NCBI GenBank assembly: GCA_964441285.1
Contig: CAYTUK010000007.1
Span: 17,736-81,735, forward strand
Source: an uncultured Thiotrichaceae bacterium
GTDB taxonomy: Bacteria > Pseudomonadota > Gammaproteobacteria > SZUA-229
Length of the DNA: 64,000 nucleotides
Direction: 5' to 3'
Below the pieces are notes generated by a model. It was not told where the DNA came from. It made no database searches and was given only the letters and a program-made list of their open reading frames with translations. Made by a program: the position numbers and the translations under genes. This document shows, piece by piece, positions 11,083 to 21,568 of the stretch. How positions within the stretch are numbered: position 1 is the stretch's first letter; each line of letters begins with the position of its first letter.

Positions 11083-12969
11083 TTAACTCTCTTCACCTGA
11101 CTGTTCGGTCACATCAATATATAACTTAAGCCGCTGACCAGGTTGAAGGTATTTCTTTTTCAGCCGATTCCAGCGGTGTAGCTGTTTCATCTTTACATTA
11201 TAGCGGCTGGCAATGCGGGATAATGAATCCCCCGATTTTACGGTATATGAAATTGTCTGGATATGGTGACTGGATTTTTTAATCGACGTTCTTCTTGCGA
11301 CATGAATGCGGTGATGGCTGCGCCAGATGATCAGTGTCTTTCCTGGTTTCAGCGGGTCATGAATGGACATGCCATTCCATTTGGCCAGGGTATACATGTT
11401 CACTTTGAACTTACGTGCAATGGTCCAGAAGCTCTCACCATGTTTTATGTCATGTTTAATGCGCCGAGTATTATAGTGTGTTTTTGTTTGCAGGGCTTTT
11501 AGGCGCTGGCTGGAACTGAGTGTGTACGCAGATCGATTCCGACTGGCGACGGGGATGAGTATATATTTACCTGCACGAATATATTTACCATGAATATGGT
11601 TTACCTTACGCAGGTGTCTGACCAGGGTGTCGTACTTAACTGCAATCTCGCTGAGTGTCTCACCCGATTTAATTTTGTGCCGTATCCATTTTAAATATTG
11701 ACTGCGGGGTAGTTTGGCATAATTATGCTTGAAGGTTGCAGCGGCATTCGCAGGCAAAATGAATGTGTAAGGGCCATCTGGATCAGTTGCCCAGCGATTA
11801 AAAGCCGGGTTGTAGCGGTAAAGCGCATTAAGTTTGATGCGTGCCAGTTTTGCCGCCAGTGCCAGGTCGATCTGGCTGTGAGTTTTTACCTGCACAAATC
11901 CCGGTGCGTTAGCAACATGGCGCAGGCTAATACCGTATTTTTTCGGGTGTTCAATAATTGCTTTTAGTGCCAGCAGTTTAGGCACGTAAGCGCGTGTTTC
12001 CTTCGGTAGATTCAGGTGCCAGAAATCAGTGGGTCGGTGCAGGTGCTTATTATGACGAATGGCGCGTTTTACTGTGCCTGAACCAGAATTGTATGCTGCA
12101 AGCGCGAGCAACCAGTCACCTTTGAAAGTTTTATTTAAATTGTTCAGATAATTAAGGGCAGCCTGTGTGGAAGCATGAATATCACGCCGCCCATCGTACC
12201 ACCAGTTTTGTTTTAAACCGTATAAGCGCCCAGTGGAAGGAATGAATTGCCATATTCCTGCTGCGCGTCCCTGTGAATAGGCAAATGGCTGGTAAGCACT
12301 TTCAACAATAGGTAAAAGCACAAGCTCGGTCGGTAAACCGCGTTTTTCAGCTTCAACAGTAATGTAATAAAGAAAAGGGTCTGCGCGTTTCATCACCCGA
12401 TTAAGGTAAGCGTTATGTCTGGAGAACCACTTGATTTCTCTTTTCAGATCAGGGTGATTGGTATTATCAGTAAGCTGGAATCCTGCACGAATGCGGGGCC
12501 AGATGCTATTGTTGTCTGGTTCAGGTTTTTTATTCTTAACCGCAGTGGCAGCGGTCAAATCGTTTGCATGGGTATCGCCTTTGGCGCACCTGAAACTGGC
12601 ATTGAAATCGACAGGTTTGACTTCATATCGGGCAACGGCATCGCGATTCAGGTATTTTTTTAATATCTGTTGTGCTAATGGTGGTGATGGCAGGGTCTTA
12701 TGACTAACTGGAACCGAGGCGATATTGTTGTTATCGGGTTTTAGATTTAAGCAGCCAGTCAGTAATATGGGCAGCAGAATTAATGAACCGAAGCGAAAAA
12801 ATCGGCCAGCGAAAGCAGACCACCGGCATCGCGCCGATTGTTTTGCTTTCGCTGCATTGGTGGGGCCTCGTGTGGTTCGGCCATCCGTCTGCTGAGAAAA
12901 GGTTGGCTTATAAAAGGCCCGTTTATGGGCTGGGGCTTGTCGAGTAATTTGTGAAATGTATTTAATCAA
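11083..12969 (-). CDS. mltD: Membrane-bound lytic murein transglycosylase D (SLT plus three LysM domains); start uncertain
   Basis: LLTGC lipobox, LPIVESAY, AAGIWQFIPSTG, LAAYNSG, ETRAYVPK, three LysM repeats; next to rnhA/dnaQ. Confidence 0.9.
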   Translation of the reverse strand: MIKYISQITRQAPAHKRAFYKPTFSQQTDGRTTRGPTNAAKAKQSARCRWSAFAGRFFRFGSLILLPILLTGCLNLKPDNNNIASVPVSHKTLPSPPLAQQILKKYLNRDAVARYEVKPVDFNASFRCAKGDTHANDLTAATAVKNKKPEPDNNSIWPRIRAGFQLTDNTNHPDLKREIKWFSRHNAYLNRVMKRADPFLYYITVEAEKRGLPTELVLLPIVESAYQPFAYSQGRAAGIWQFIPSTGRLYGLKQNWWYDGRRDIHASTQAALNYLNNLNKTFKGDWLLALAAYNSGSGTVKRAIRHNKHLHRPTDFWHLNLPKETRAYVPKLLALKAIIEHPKKYGISLRHVANAPGFVQVKTHSQIDLALAAKLARIKLNALYRYNPAFNRWATDPDGPYTFILPANAAATFKHNYAKLPRSQYLKWIRHKIKSGETLSEIAVKYDTLVRHLRKVNHIHGKYIRAGKYILIPVASRNRSAYTLSSSQRLKALQTKTHYNTRRIKHDIKHGESFWTIARKFKVNMYTLAKWNGMSIHDPLKPGKTLIIWRSHHRIHVARRTSIKKSSHHIQTISYTVKSGDSLSRIASRYNVKMKQLHRWNRLKKKYLQPGQRLKLYIDVTEQSGEES

Positions 12970-13104
12970 TGTTAAAAGGGGGGTGAAATCTGTCTATGTT
13001 TATTAGGTGGATACTGAGAGTATGGTATATTAATTCAAATTTAAGTCTGCGGACACTATAAATTGCAATTTAATATCAAAATACTCGATTAAAAACGCTG
13101 TCCT

Positions 13105-13575
13105 ATGAAAAATCCTTTGTCTGCTGCAGTCGAAATTTATACTGACGGTGCCTGCCGTGGAAATCCTGGTGTGGGCGGCTGGGGTGTTAGTTTACGTTTT
13201 AATGGTCAGCATAAAAATTTAAAAGGTGCTGCCGTGCAAACCACCAATAATCAGATGGAATTAATGGCAGCGATTCAGGCACTGGAAGCACTTAACCGAC
13301 TTTGTAGCGTGCGTCTCTATACAGATTCAAAATATGTGCTTGATGGGGCCACAAAATGGATGCCTAACTGGAAGAAAAATGGCTGGAAAACAGCCGCTAA
13401 AAAGCCAGTAAAAAATGTAGAACTCTGGCAGCGGCTGGATCAGGCGCTGCAACAACATCAGGTTGACTGGCAATGGGTAAAGGGGCATTCCGGTGATGCA
13501 GGCAATGAGTGTGCGGACACATTAGCGAATCAGGCTATTGATGAAATGTTATTAAATAAAGCGGGCAGTATTTAG
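13105..13575 (+). CDS. rnhA: Ribonuclease HI
   Basis: [32 protein letters not shown]...NECAD. Confidence 0.97.
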   Translation: MKNPLSAAVEIYTDGACRGNPGVGGWGVSLRFNGQHKNLKGAAVQTTNNQMELMAAIQALEALNRLCSVRLYTDSKYVLDGATKWMPNWKKNGWKTAAKKPVKNVELWQRLDQALQQHQVDWQWVKGHSGDAGNECADTLANQAIDEMLLNKAGSI

Positions 13576-13657
13576 TTGGCAGCAAAAAGTAAAAATGCTT
13601 CATCGGTACGGTTTCCTTTGCGTGAAATGGACTGCCAACTGCCAACGAGACAAGCAT

Positions 13658-14365
13658 ATGCGACAAATAGTACTTGACACAGAAACCACCGGTCTGGACC
13701 CTGAACAGGGACATAAAATGATTGAAATTGGTTGCGTCGAAATGATTAACCGCCGCTTGACGGGGAATAATTACCACCAATACTTGCAGCCTGATCGTGA
13801 GATTGATGAGGGTGCTCAGGCAGTGCACGGTATTTCCAGTCAATTTCTTGCGGATAAACCGCATTTTATTGATGTGGTCAGTAGTTTTCTGGACTACATC
13901 AAAGGTGCTGAGCTGATTATTCATAATGCACCCTTTGATATTGGTTTTATCAATCATGAGCTAAAGCAGGCTGGGTCGGAGTATGGCTGTGTCAATCACT
14001 ACTGTAGCGTTATTGACACGTTGATAATGGCACGTAAAAAGCGGCCTGGGAAAAAGAATAATCTGGATGCATTATGTAAGCACTACGAAGTGAATAATTC
14101 GCAACGTGACCTGCACGGCGCTTTACTCGACTCCGAGTTACTGGCAGAAGTCTACCTGCATATGACCGGCGGGCAGAGTGCTTTACTGCTGGATAGTGAA
14201 GAGAGGCAAGATGATGGGCAGTTAGTTAATGCCGATGCTGCCGTGCGCCGAATCTCAAAAGATCGGGCGCGATTAAAGATAGTTCAACCGAGTGAAGATG
14301 AACAGGTTGCTCATCAGGCTTTTATCGAAAAAATGGGTGAGAACTGCTTATGGGGGAACCACTGA
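13658..14365 (+). CDS. dnaQ: DNA polymerase III epsilon subunit
   Basis: MRQIVLDTETTG, HNAPFD, LHGALLDSELLAEVYL.MTGGQ. Confidence 0.97.
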   Translation: MRQIVLDTETTGLDPEQGHKMIEIGCVEMINRRLTGNNYHQYLQPDREIDEGAQAVHGISSQFLADKPHFIDVVSSFLDYIKGAELIIHNAPFDIGFINHELKQAGSEYGCVNHYCSVIDTLIMARKKRPGKKNNLDALCKHYEVNNSQRDLHGALLDSELLAEVYLHMTGGQSALLLDSEERQDDGQLVNADAAVRRISKDRARLKIVQPSEDEQVAHQAFIEKMGENCLWGNH

Positions 14366-14468
14366 ATACGGTGTCTTTAAATGTGGTTAAGGGCAGGGTA
14401 GATCAGATTACTGTCGGCACTTATGTTAGTGGGTGTTCGCCTGTGAGCGTTTAAATTTGATAAAAAAA

Positions 14469-14605
14469 GTAAAGAATCCCGACTAAACAATGTCCCAGGC
14501 CTTAAAATTTATGGTGTTCTTTACACATTAGCCATTGATAAAAAGCTAATAGTTCAATAGACCATTAATTTTTCAGGGATTATTTTTTTAGGCATGATAA
14601 TTGCT
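14469..14605 (+). promoter_or_regulatory. Putative sigma-54 promoter with upstream enhancer-like boxes
   Basis: GGCATGATAATTGC (GG-N10-GC) at 14591-14604; GTAAAGAATCCCGAC at 14469 and CTTTACA at 14519; upstream of a PEP-CTERM-class gene. Confidence 0.6.
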
Positions 14606-14724
14606 CTATTTTTCCTGCTATAGGTTTATTCCCTATTATATGCCGTACCTTGCCAATGTGGTTGCAGTATCAATTTATCCTTTAAGATAAAAATTTAAGT
14701 TTGATAAATTTAATGGAGTTAAAA

Positions 14725-15654
14725 ATGAAATTAGTAAAACACCACCACCCAGTACTCCGCAAGTTAGTCCTTGCCAGTCTGTTAGGTATGGTTAGTCAGC
14801 AGGTTGCGGCGATTAATATTCAGTTCGATTATACATACGATACAAATAATTTTTTTAGCTCGCAGCTGAGAAAAAATATACTGAATGTGGCGGGTTCCTA
14901 TTTCGATGGCATTATTGGTGATAATCTAACCGCTATTTCTTCGTCTGGTGTGAACCACTTTACAGCGGATTTTTACAATCCGGGTAATGGCGCAACGCAA
15001 ACCATTAATAATTTTAGCGTTGCTACAAATACCCTGACAGTTTATGTTGGCGGTCAGATTATGGCAGGCAGTGCGCTAGGCTTAGGTGGTCCTGGCGGCT
15101 TTAATGTGAGTGGTACGTCCAGTTTTGTAAGTAACGCTAGCAGTCGTGGTCAGTCGGCACCAACAGCGGGTTCAACGGCCACCGATTTCGCCCCCTGGGG
15201 CGGGTCTATCTCGTTTAATAGTAGCGCAAACTGGTATTTCGATCCTAATCTAGCAACCAGTGGCGACATTGTTGGCAATGATTTTTACACGGTGGCGCTG
15301 CATGAGTTGGGGCATATGCTCGGTATTGGCACAGCAGATTCCTGGAGAAACCAAATTTCTGCTACTACTTTTACCGGCACGGCATCTACGGTTGCATTTG
15401 GTTCTCCTGTGCCACTCAATAGTGGCCTGGATCACTGGGCAAAAGGCACACTTAGCACTGTTAATGGCATTAGTCAGAAAGCGGTAATGACTCCTTCCAT
15501 CACCACGGGAACACGTAAAGTATTCACTAAACTGGACAAAGCGGGATTAAGCGATGTTGGTTGGCAGGTTTCTGCCGTCCCAATACCTGCGGCGGTGTGG
15601 TTATTTGGCTCGGGTTTGCTGGGGCTGATCGCTGTTGCCAGAAGGCGTGTATAA
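14725..15654 (+). CDS. Secreted zinc metalloprotease-like (matrixin-like) protein with a VPLPA-CTERM/PEP-CTERM sorting signal
   Basis: Signal peptide, HELGHMLG zincin motif, C-terminal VPIPAAVWLFGSGLLGLIAVARRRV. Confidence 0.85.
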   Translation: MKLVKHHHPVLRKLVLASLLGMVSQQVAAINIQFDYTYDTNNFFSSQLRKNILNVAGSYFDGIIGDNLTAISSSGVNHFTADFYNPGNGATQTINNFSVATNTLTVYVGGQIMAGSALGLGGPGGFNVSGTSSFVSNASSRGQSAPTAGSTATDFAPWGGSISFNSSANWYFDPNLATSGDIVGNDFYTVALHELGHMLGIGTADSWRNQISATTFTGTASTVAFGSPVPLNSGLDHWAKGTLSTVNGISQKAVMTPSITTGTRKVFTKLDKAGLSDVGWQVSAVPIPAAVWLFGSGLLGLIAVARRRV

Positions 15655-15774
15655 CACTGGATTTGTCGTTAGCGGTGCTTTAATCATGTGTCGCAGAATG
15701 AGGGCCAACATTGTGATGAACAGATATTGCAGGGAACAATTTTGTTTGCAGCGTGAATTTTCTCTTGTATAAAT

Positions 15775-16206
15775 ATGGTTCGATTTTCGCTAATGATTCT
15801 TGTGTTTGTTTTTCTTGTTTCGAGCACAGGCTGTAAAAAGCTGGTGGCTGAGGGGGCACCGAGACACGCATCAGCTGCCCACACGGTTTCTGGTACCTTA
15901 AAGTTATTTTTGCATCAGCGTAAAATAACGGGTTTATATGCCTGTTTTGAGCTTAAAGATGTTACTCAGGGTCGCCGCATCGCGCAGTTAAAGTGTAAGC
16001 GAATAATAGAAAACTCGGTTCATTTTTCACTTGGTTACTCGGCTGAGCAGGTTTCCCCGCAGAACCGATACTTGTTAATTGCGACTGTTGCAGAGGATTC
16101 GCAGGGAAAAAAAGCCATTGCTATTATGTCGGCACCTGTGCTGACACAGGGTCATCCTGCGGTACTTGAAATGGCAATAAACACGCCGGTTGTGCCGCTT
16201 GAATAA
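15775..16206 (+). CDS. YbaY/YscW-like lipoprotein
   Basis: Hydrophobic signal peptide plus TGC lipobox; ELKDV..., F.L.Y...Q.....RY...A.V, PVLTQG. Confidence 0.6.
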   Translation: MVRFSLMILVFVFLVSSTGCKKLVAEGAPRHASAAHTVSGTLKLFLHQRKITGLYACFELKDVTQGRRIAQLKCKRIIENSVHFSLGYSAEQVSPQNRYLLIATVAEDSQGKKAIAIMSAPVLTQGHPAVLEMAINTPVVPLE

Positions 16207-16262
16207 GCGATGTTTGCGTATTGATAAAACATGCTTTATTGCTGACGATCAAGTACTTGCGA

Positions 16263-16955
16263 TCAAGCTGGATCCAGACCGCACTGTAAGTTGCCCGGCA
16301 CAGCGATGTCGATGCGTGCTGGTGGTTCGAGAATCAGTGAGTTCATAATGGCGACAAATTCCGCTTCTGTTTTGTTCTTTCCCAGACGCGGGTTAAAGGC
16401 TTTTTCACGGCCGATGCTGCTCGATGTAAAACCGTTATAATCATGGCCGGGATAAACGATGGTGTTATCGTCCAGGCTAAACAGTTTCTCAGTGATCGAA
16501 TGATAGAGTGTGTGTGCATCACCGGACTGAAAATCAGTGCGCCCGCAACCGTTAATTAGCAGTGCGTCACCAGTAAACACCACGCTGCCTAGACGATAAC
16601 TTATATCGGTATTGGTGTGGCCGGGAGTGTAGATGATGTCGATGCTTTCATCCCCCAGTTTCTGCGAGTCGCCATCAGCCAGTAAAATATCGGCACACGA
16701 CGATCCACTGTTTTTATGTACTGCCACCTGGCTGTTAAACACCTCACGCAACAGGCCAGAGCCAGTCACATGGTCAGCATGGATGTGCGTTTCCAACGTG
16801 TACTTCAATTGTAGGTCCAGCTGTTTGATCAGCTTGATGTCACGCGTGGTCTGCTCTTTTACAGAGTCGATCAGGGCGGCCTGTCTGGTTTTTTCATCCC
16901 ACAATAAATAGCTGTAAGTGCTGGTTGCGGGATCGAATAATTGTTCAATTTTCAT
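16263..16955 (-). CDS. Persulfide dioxygenase (ETHE1/SdoA-like MBL-fold hydrolase)
   Basis: QLFDPATSTYSYL, ETHIHADHVTG, TPGHT, GDALLI.GCGRTDFQ, YPGHDY, EKAFNPRL. Confidence 0.9.
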   Translation of the reverse strand: MKIEQLFDPATSTYSYLLWDEKTRQAALIDSVKEQTTRDIKLIKQLDLQLKYTLETHIHADHVTGSGLLREVFNSQVAVHKNSGSSCADILLADGDSQKLGDESIDIIYTPGHTNTDISYRLGSVVFTGDALLINGCGRTDFQSGDAHTLYHSITEKLFSLDDNTIVYPGHDYNGFTSSSIGREKAFNPRLGKNKTEAEFVAIMNSLILEPPARIDIAVPGNLQCGLDPA

Positions 16956-17030
16956 CGTTTTTCTCCCAGTTTATTGGGGTTAAAAAATACTGACTCAAGT
17001 AACGGTTTATAGTGTGGTCATGAGAAAGCT

Positions 17031-17342
17031 TTAGTGGCAGTGCTGATAATGCACGATGCCGCCGATGTTAGTGACATGGTTAAACCCCAGACTGGACAGA
17101 ATTTTCTCTGCCATGATTGCGCGTCCGCCAGAGCGGCAATAAACCAGTATGGGCTTATCTTTGTCCAGGTGCTCGTGTGCAAGAACCGGCAAAACAGCTA
17201 ACGGAATATTTTTTGCAGCAGGCAGGCTGCTGGTATTAAATTCACTGGTGGTACGGACATCCAGCAAGATGGCACCTGATTGTATAGTCTGGCGAATATC
17301 ATCACAAGTTAAATTAGAATATGTCGATGTGTCAAAGATCAT
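17031..17342 (-). CDS. Rhodanese-like sulfurtransferase
   Basis: LLDVRT..EF, YCRSGGRA active-site loop, NIGG. Confidence 0.9.
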   Translation of the reverse strand: MIFDTSTYSNLTCDDIRQTIQSGAILLDVRTTSEFNTSSLPAAKNIPLAVLPVLAHEHLDKDKPILVYCRSGGRAIMAEKILSSLGFNHVTNIGGIVHYQHCH

Positions 17343-17604
17343 GACTTTTACCCTCGTTAGTTACCTATCTATTAGTATAGTCTTATATAGTGAAATTCAA
17401 GGGGTGTCTCCATAATTAATGTCGAGCTGGTTGATGTTGTTAACAAAAACCCATTAGAACATGGTTTGAAAAGGATAAGAATGGAGTATCAGAAGTATTT
17501 AAATCAATGGCTTACATATGGATAGGCGGGACAAATCAAGCATTCATAAAAATTTCTCACCGACTATTTCCGACCTGGTAAGAGGGAGCAGATATTACTG
17601 GCGA

Positions 17605-18084
17605 TCAACGAATTTTCAGCATGCGGGCTTTTTCACGGTTCCAGTCGCGTTCTTTTATTGCGGCACGTTTATCGCGCTCTTTTTTACCTTTTGCCAGTCC
17701 GATATCCATTTTAACGCTACCTTTTTTATTCCAGTATAGCGTTAGTGGTACTAGCGTATACCCTTTGCGTTCAATCTGGCCGATCAGACGGTCGATTTCC
17801 AGGCGATGGAGGAGTAATTTTCTGCTGCGTGTTGGGGCAGCGTGAAGATGTGTTGAAGTCGTAATGAGTGGTGTTATACTGCCGCCAACCCATTCAAGTT
17901 CGCCCGCTTTAACCATAATGTAGCTGTCATTAAGCTGCACTTTTCCAGCGCGCATACTTTTAACTTCCCAACCTTCTAGCACCAGTCCGGCCTCGTAGTT
18001 AGACTCAATGGCGTAATCGAAGCGCGCACGGCGATTGCGTGCAATGGTATTATCGTGGGAAGTTTTTTTGGATTTTTTTGCCAT
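17605..18084 (-). CDS. smpB: SsrA-binding protein
   Basis: [37 protein letters not shown]. Confidence 0.97.
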   Translation of the reverse strand: MAKKSKKTSHDNTIARNRRARFDYAIESNYEAGLVLEGWEVKSMRAGKVQLNDSYIMVKAGELEWVGGSITPLITTSTHLHAAPTRSRKLLLHRLEIDRLIGQIERKGYTLVPLTLYWNKKGSVKMDIGLAKGKKERDKRAAIKERDWNREKARMLKIR

Positions 18085-18296
18085 GTTTCGGAGTTGTCTA
18101 TATTTTGAGCAGGACGAGAAAGCCTGCAAGTATAAATTATGTGATGAGATGTGTCATTTTTTACCAGGTATTCGCACTGAGGCGAAATAAAGTTCAGGTT
18201 TCTATTGAGTCAATGATTTAAATTGTTGAAAATATATGCATAAGTGTTTACCACAACCAATTTACAGCCCTGCCCACATAACAATGTAGAGAATCT

Positions 18297-19667
18297 ATGA
18301 CAACACCTACGAAAATCATACACGAACAATGGTCTAGCCGCACAGCGTTTATTCTTGCTGCCACTGGTTCTGCTGTTGGCCTGGGTAATATCTGGAAGTT
18401 TCCCTATATAACAGGTGAGAATGGTGGTGGTACTTTTGTGCTGATATATCTGTGTTGTATCGCGCTAATTGGTATCCCGGTGATGATCGCTGAAATTATG
18501 CTGGGTCGTCGCGGTAAGCAGAGCCCGATTAATACGATGATTACCCTGGCGCGTCAGGAAGGGCGGAGCAAATACTGGGTTTGGTTGGGCTGGATGGGGG
18601 TGATAGCAGGTTTTCTGATTCTTTCCTATTACAGCGTCATTGCGGGCGAGGCGCTAAGCTATGTTTTTAGAACGGCTAGCGGCATGTTTCTGGGCGTGAC
18701 GGCAGATGGTGCGAGCAGTATTTATAACAATTTGGTTAGTGATCCTGAAAAACTGCTGGCCTGGCACACCCTGTTTATGGTGATGACCATGATGGTCGTG
18801 TCTCGTGGAGTAAAAAATGGGCTAGAAAAAGCCGTGACGTATTTGATGCCGTTGTTGTTTATTTCATTGCTGGTGGTGGTGCTATATGCCATGAGTACAG
18901 GGCATTTTATGCAGGGCATAGACTTTATGTTTAGTCCCGGTAAAATTACTGGTAAGGCCGTGCTGATTGCTATGGGGCATGCTTTCTTTACCCTGAGTCT
19001 GGGTATGGGAGCGATTATGGTCTACGGTTCCTACCTGACAAAAGAGCATTCGATTGTACAGGCTTCCATTTATATAGCACTGGCCGATACGGTGGTTGCA
19101 TTACTTGCCGGAATGGCGATTTTTCCGATTGTTTTTGCTAATGGGCTGGAACCGAGTGCGGGGCCCGGACTTATTTTTCTGAGCCTGCCAATTGCGTTTG
19201 GCCATATGGAAGGTGGTGTGTTGGTTGGTGTTATCTTCTTTTCCTTACTGGTCTTTGCCGCCTGGACATCGGCTATTTCACTGATTGAGCCAGCAGTGGC
19301 CTGGTTGGTTGAGAACCGTGGGCATACGCGTGTTTATGCCTCAGTTTTAATGGGTGTGCTCACCTGGATACTTGGGTTGGGGACCATTTTTTCGTATAAT
19401 ATCTGGAAAGGACACACCTGGAGCATTCCCTTTCTGTTCCAGAACTTTAATTTTTTTGATACTCTGGATTATTTAACCGCAAATATTATGTTGCCGCTGG
19501 GCGGTCTGTTTATTGCAATATTTTCTGCCTGGATTATGCACGAAACATCAACACGTTCTGAGCTGAATACAACCCCTGGGATCTATAAAATTTGGCATTT
19601 CCTGCTCCGTTATATTACACCGATTGCCATTATTATCGTATTTCTCAGGGCAGTTGGAGCAATATAA
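18297..19667 (+). CDS. Sodium-dependent transporter (NSS/SNF family)
   Basis: GSAVGLGNIWKFPY...NGGG.F, AFFTLSLGMG, GPGLIF. Confidence 0.93.
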   Translation: MTTPTKIIHEQWSSRTAFILAATGSAVGLGNIWKFPYITGENGGGTFVLIYLCCIALIGIPVMIAEIMLGRRGKQSPINTMITLARQEGRSKYWVWLGWMGVIAGFLILSYYSVIAGEALSYVFRTASGMFLGVTADGASSIYNNLVSDPEKLLAWHTLFMVMTMMVVSRGVKNGLEKAVTYLMPLLFISLLVVVLYAMSTGHFMQGIDFMFSPGKITGKAVLIAMGHAFFTLSLGMGAIMVYGSYLTKEHSIVQASIYIALADTVVALLAGMAIFPIVFANGLEPSAGPGLIFLSLPIAFGHMEGGVLVGVIFFSLLVFAAWTSAISLIEPAVAWLVENRGHTRVYASVLMGVLTWILGLGTIFSYNIWKGHTWSIPFLFQNFNFFDTLDYLTANIMLPLGGLFIAIFSAWIMHETSTRSELNTTPGIYKIWHFLLRYITPIAIIIVFLRAVGAI

Positions 19668-19719
19668 AAAATGCATACTTCATCATGTATCAGGCTAATT
19701 TATTTACTGGAGAGTCGAA

Positions 19720-20163
19720 TTGTCGCACACGTATCGTAGCGCGCTGGTGTATTATTCTCCGGCAGAAATGTATAAATTGGTGAATTCGATCAATGACTAT
19801 GCCCGTTTTCTGCCGTGGTGCCGCTCGGCGCGTATTCTTACGCAAACAGAGACTGAAATAGTTGCCAGCATAGAAATTGCCAAAGGTGTGTTGAATAAAA
19901 CCTTCACCACTCGAAATACATTAACCAAAGATAAGCGTATTGAACTTGAGCTGGTTGATGGCCCGTTTAAACGCTTGCAGGGTTATTGGCAGTTTGATGC
20001 ACTTAAGACAGAAATGGCGTGTAAAGTGAATCTTGATCTTGAATTCGAATTTGATAGCGCGATGATTTCGATTGCAGCTAAACCTATTTTTATGCAGATC
20101 GCAACAACGATGGTTGATGCTTTCTGTAAACGTGCGGTGGAGGTGTACGGTGAGCGTTTCTGA
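19720..20163 (+). CDS. ratA: RatA/Coq10 START-domain protein
   Basis: MYKLVN.I..Y..FLPWC, FTTRN, GPFKRLQGYWQF; synteny with smpB and bamE. Confidence 0.92.
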   Translation: MSHTYRSALVYYSPAEMYKLVNSINDYARFLPWCRSARILTQTETEIVASIEIAKGVLNKTFTTRNTLTKDKRIELELVDGPFKRLQGYWQFDALKTEMACKVNLDLEFEFDSAMISIAAKPIFMQIATTMVDAFCKRAVEVYGERF

Positions 20164-20539
20164 GACTAAAAATGCGAATATTATCCCCGTGACTGAAACC
20201 GGCATCAGGTCACTGGAGCCGCAGCCGCAGTCAATTAATACAGAGGTGGCATACGCAACGTTAGAGAAACAAATTATTCGTTGTGTCAATGTTGATCAGG
20301 GCACCACACTTGGCGCTGCGATAGTCCAGTCTGGCATTATGATGGATTTTCCTGATCTTGAGCTTGAAAATGCCAAAGTGGGTATTTTTGGTAAAGTCGC
20401 AAGCATGGTTACCATATTAAATGCAGGTGATCGCGTAGAGATTTATCGCCCACTCATCGCTGATCCTAAGGAAATGAGGCGTAAATGCGCTGCTGAGGGC
20501 AAGGTTATGAAAAAGGGAAGTGGCAGCACTAATAGTTAA
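20150..20539 (+). CDS. rnfH: RnfH/RatB ubiquitin-like protein
   Basis: EVAYA, KVGIFGK, GDRVEIYRPLIADPKE.RR. Confidence 0.9.
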   Translation: MSVSETKNANIIPVTETGIRSLEPQPQSINTEVAYATLEKQIIRCVNVDQGTTLGAAIVQSGIMMDFPDLELENAKVGIFGKVASMVTILNAGDRVEIYRPLIADPKEMRRKCAAEGKVMKKGSGSTNS

Positions 20540-20582
20540 TTATCGACATTTTTTGACGGTTTTATGAACTTAACCAGCCAGG

Positions 20583-21014
20583 TTAGTCAGCATCAGGCAG
20601 GCCTGTCTCTGATGATCTGTTGACTAATTCAGATTCTGCATAACTTTTGTCAACATAGTGTTTAGCATCAATTTTTTTGAGCCGGTTATGGTTAAAAAAT
20701 AGCGTTAAGCGGGATTCTTTTTCGGCACCGTGCCCTGGAATGAAGCGATAGATATAATCCCAGCGCTGGTTGTGGAAGGGGTCAGCGAGTATAGGTGAGC
20801 CAAGAATTTTATGCACCTCAGCTTTACTCATCCCCATCTTCAATTGTTTAATTTGCGTTAGCTTTATGGTATTACCCTGTTGCAGATTTTGCCGGTAAGC
20901 ATTAGGCAGCCATGCGGTACATGCACTGAGTGACACTAGTATCAATAGTGTCATGCATGGCAAAAAAGAGCGCGAAAATTGATTTGTGCGAGTGGTTCTC
21001 AGGCGTATAAACAT
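20583..21014 (-). CDS. bamE: Outer membrane assembly lipoprotein BamE
   Basis: LSAC lipobox, QQGN, GMSK.EV..ILGSP...DPFH..RWDYIY. Confidence 0.92.
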   Translation of the reverse strand: MFIRLRTTRTNQFSRSFLPCMTLLILVSLSACTAWLPNAYRQNLQQGNTIKLTQIKQLKMGMSKAEVHKILGSPILADPFHNQRWDYIYRFIPGHGAEKESRLTLFFNHNRLKKIDAKHYVDKSYAESELVNRSSETGLPDAD

Positions 21015-21116
21015 GTAAGAATAGTATTTTCGTTATTAAGTGTTTCAATTAAGGACAGAAATGATACCGTAAATGTTAGCATTAATCAGCAGAAATTATT
21101 AATCGGCAGGAATTAT

Positions 21117-21524
21117 ATGGAATCCAGTGATTTAAAAAAAGTTGGTCTTAAAATTACCTTGCCAAGAATGAAAATTCTTGAACTTCTGGAAGCGTCCAGT
21201 GTTCGTCATCAGACGGCAGAAGATGTTTATCGAGCTTTGCTTAATGACGGTGAAGAAATCGGGTTAGCGACTGTGTATCGTGTTTTAACACAGTTTGAAG
21301 CTGCCGGGTTGGTTGAACGTCATCATTTTGAGGGTGGGCAGGCGGTTTTTGAACTCAATGAAAAGGGCCACCATGACCATGTTGTTTGTGTCGTTTGTGG
21401 TAAAGTTGAAGAATTTTTTGATGAGCTGATAGAAAATCGCCAGCGTGAAATTGCAACTAAAATGGGTTATGACGTAACTGAGCACAGTATGACGTTGTAC
21501 GGTAAATGCCCTGATTGCCAGTGA
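21117..21524 (+). CDS. fur: Ferric uptake regulator
   Basis: GLKITLPRMKIL, EEIGLATVYRVLTQFE, HHDHVVCVVCG. Confidence 0.97.
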   Translation: MESSDLKKVGLKITLPRMKILELLEASSVRHQTAEDVYRALLNDGEEIGLATVYRVLTQFEAAGLVERHHFEGGQAVFELNEKGHHDHVVCVVCGKVEEFFDELIENRQREIATKMGYDVTEHSMTLYGKCPDCQ

Positions 21525-21568
21525 ACTATCGGCTTCTCCATCAATACGACTAATGTAATCACCCAGTC

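Noticed and set aside
14366-14470. tRNA-Asp often found after dnaQ
   Set aside because: No cloverleaf or GGTTCGA T-loop with CCA end; no tRNA or rRNA recognised anywhere in the window.
17400-17604. Possible tmRNA (ssrA) next to smpB
   Set aside because: No GGGGCTGATT-like 5' end, tag reading frame or TCCACCA 3' end recognised.
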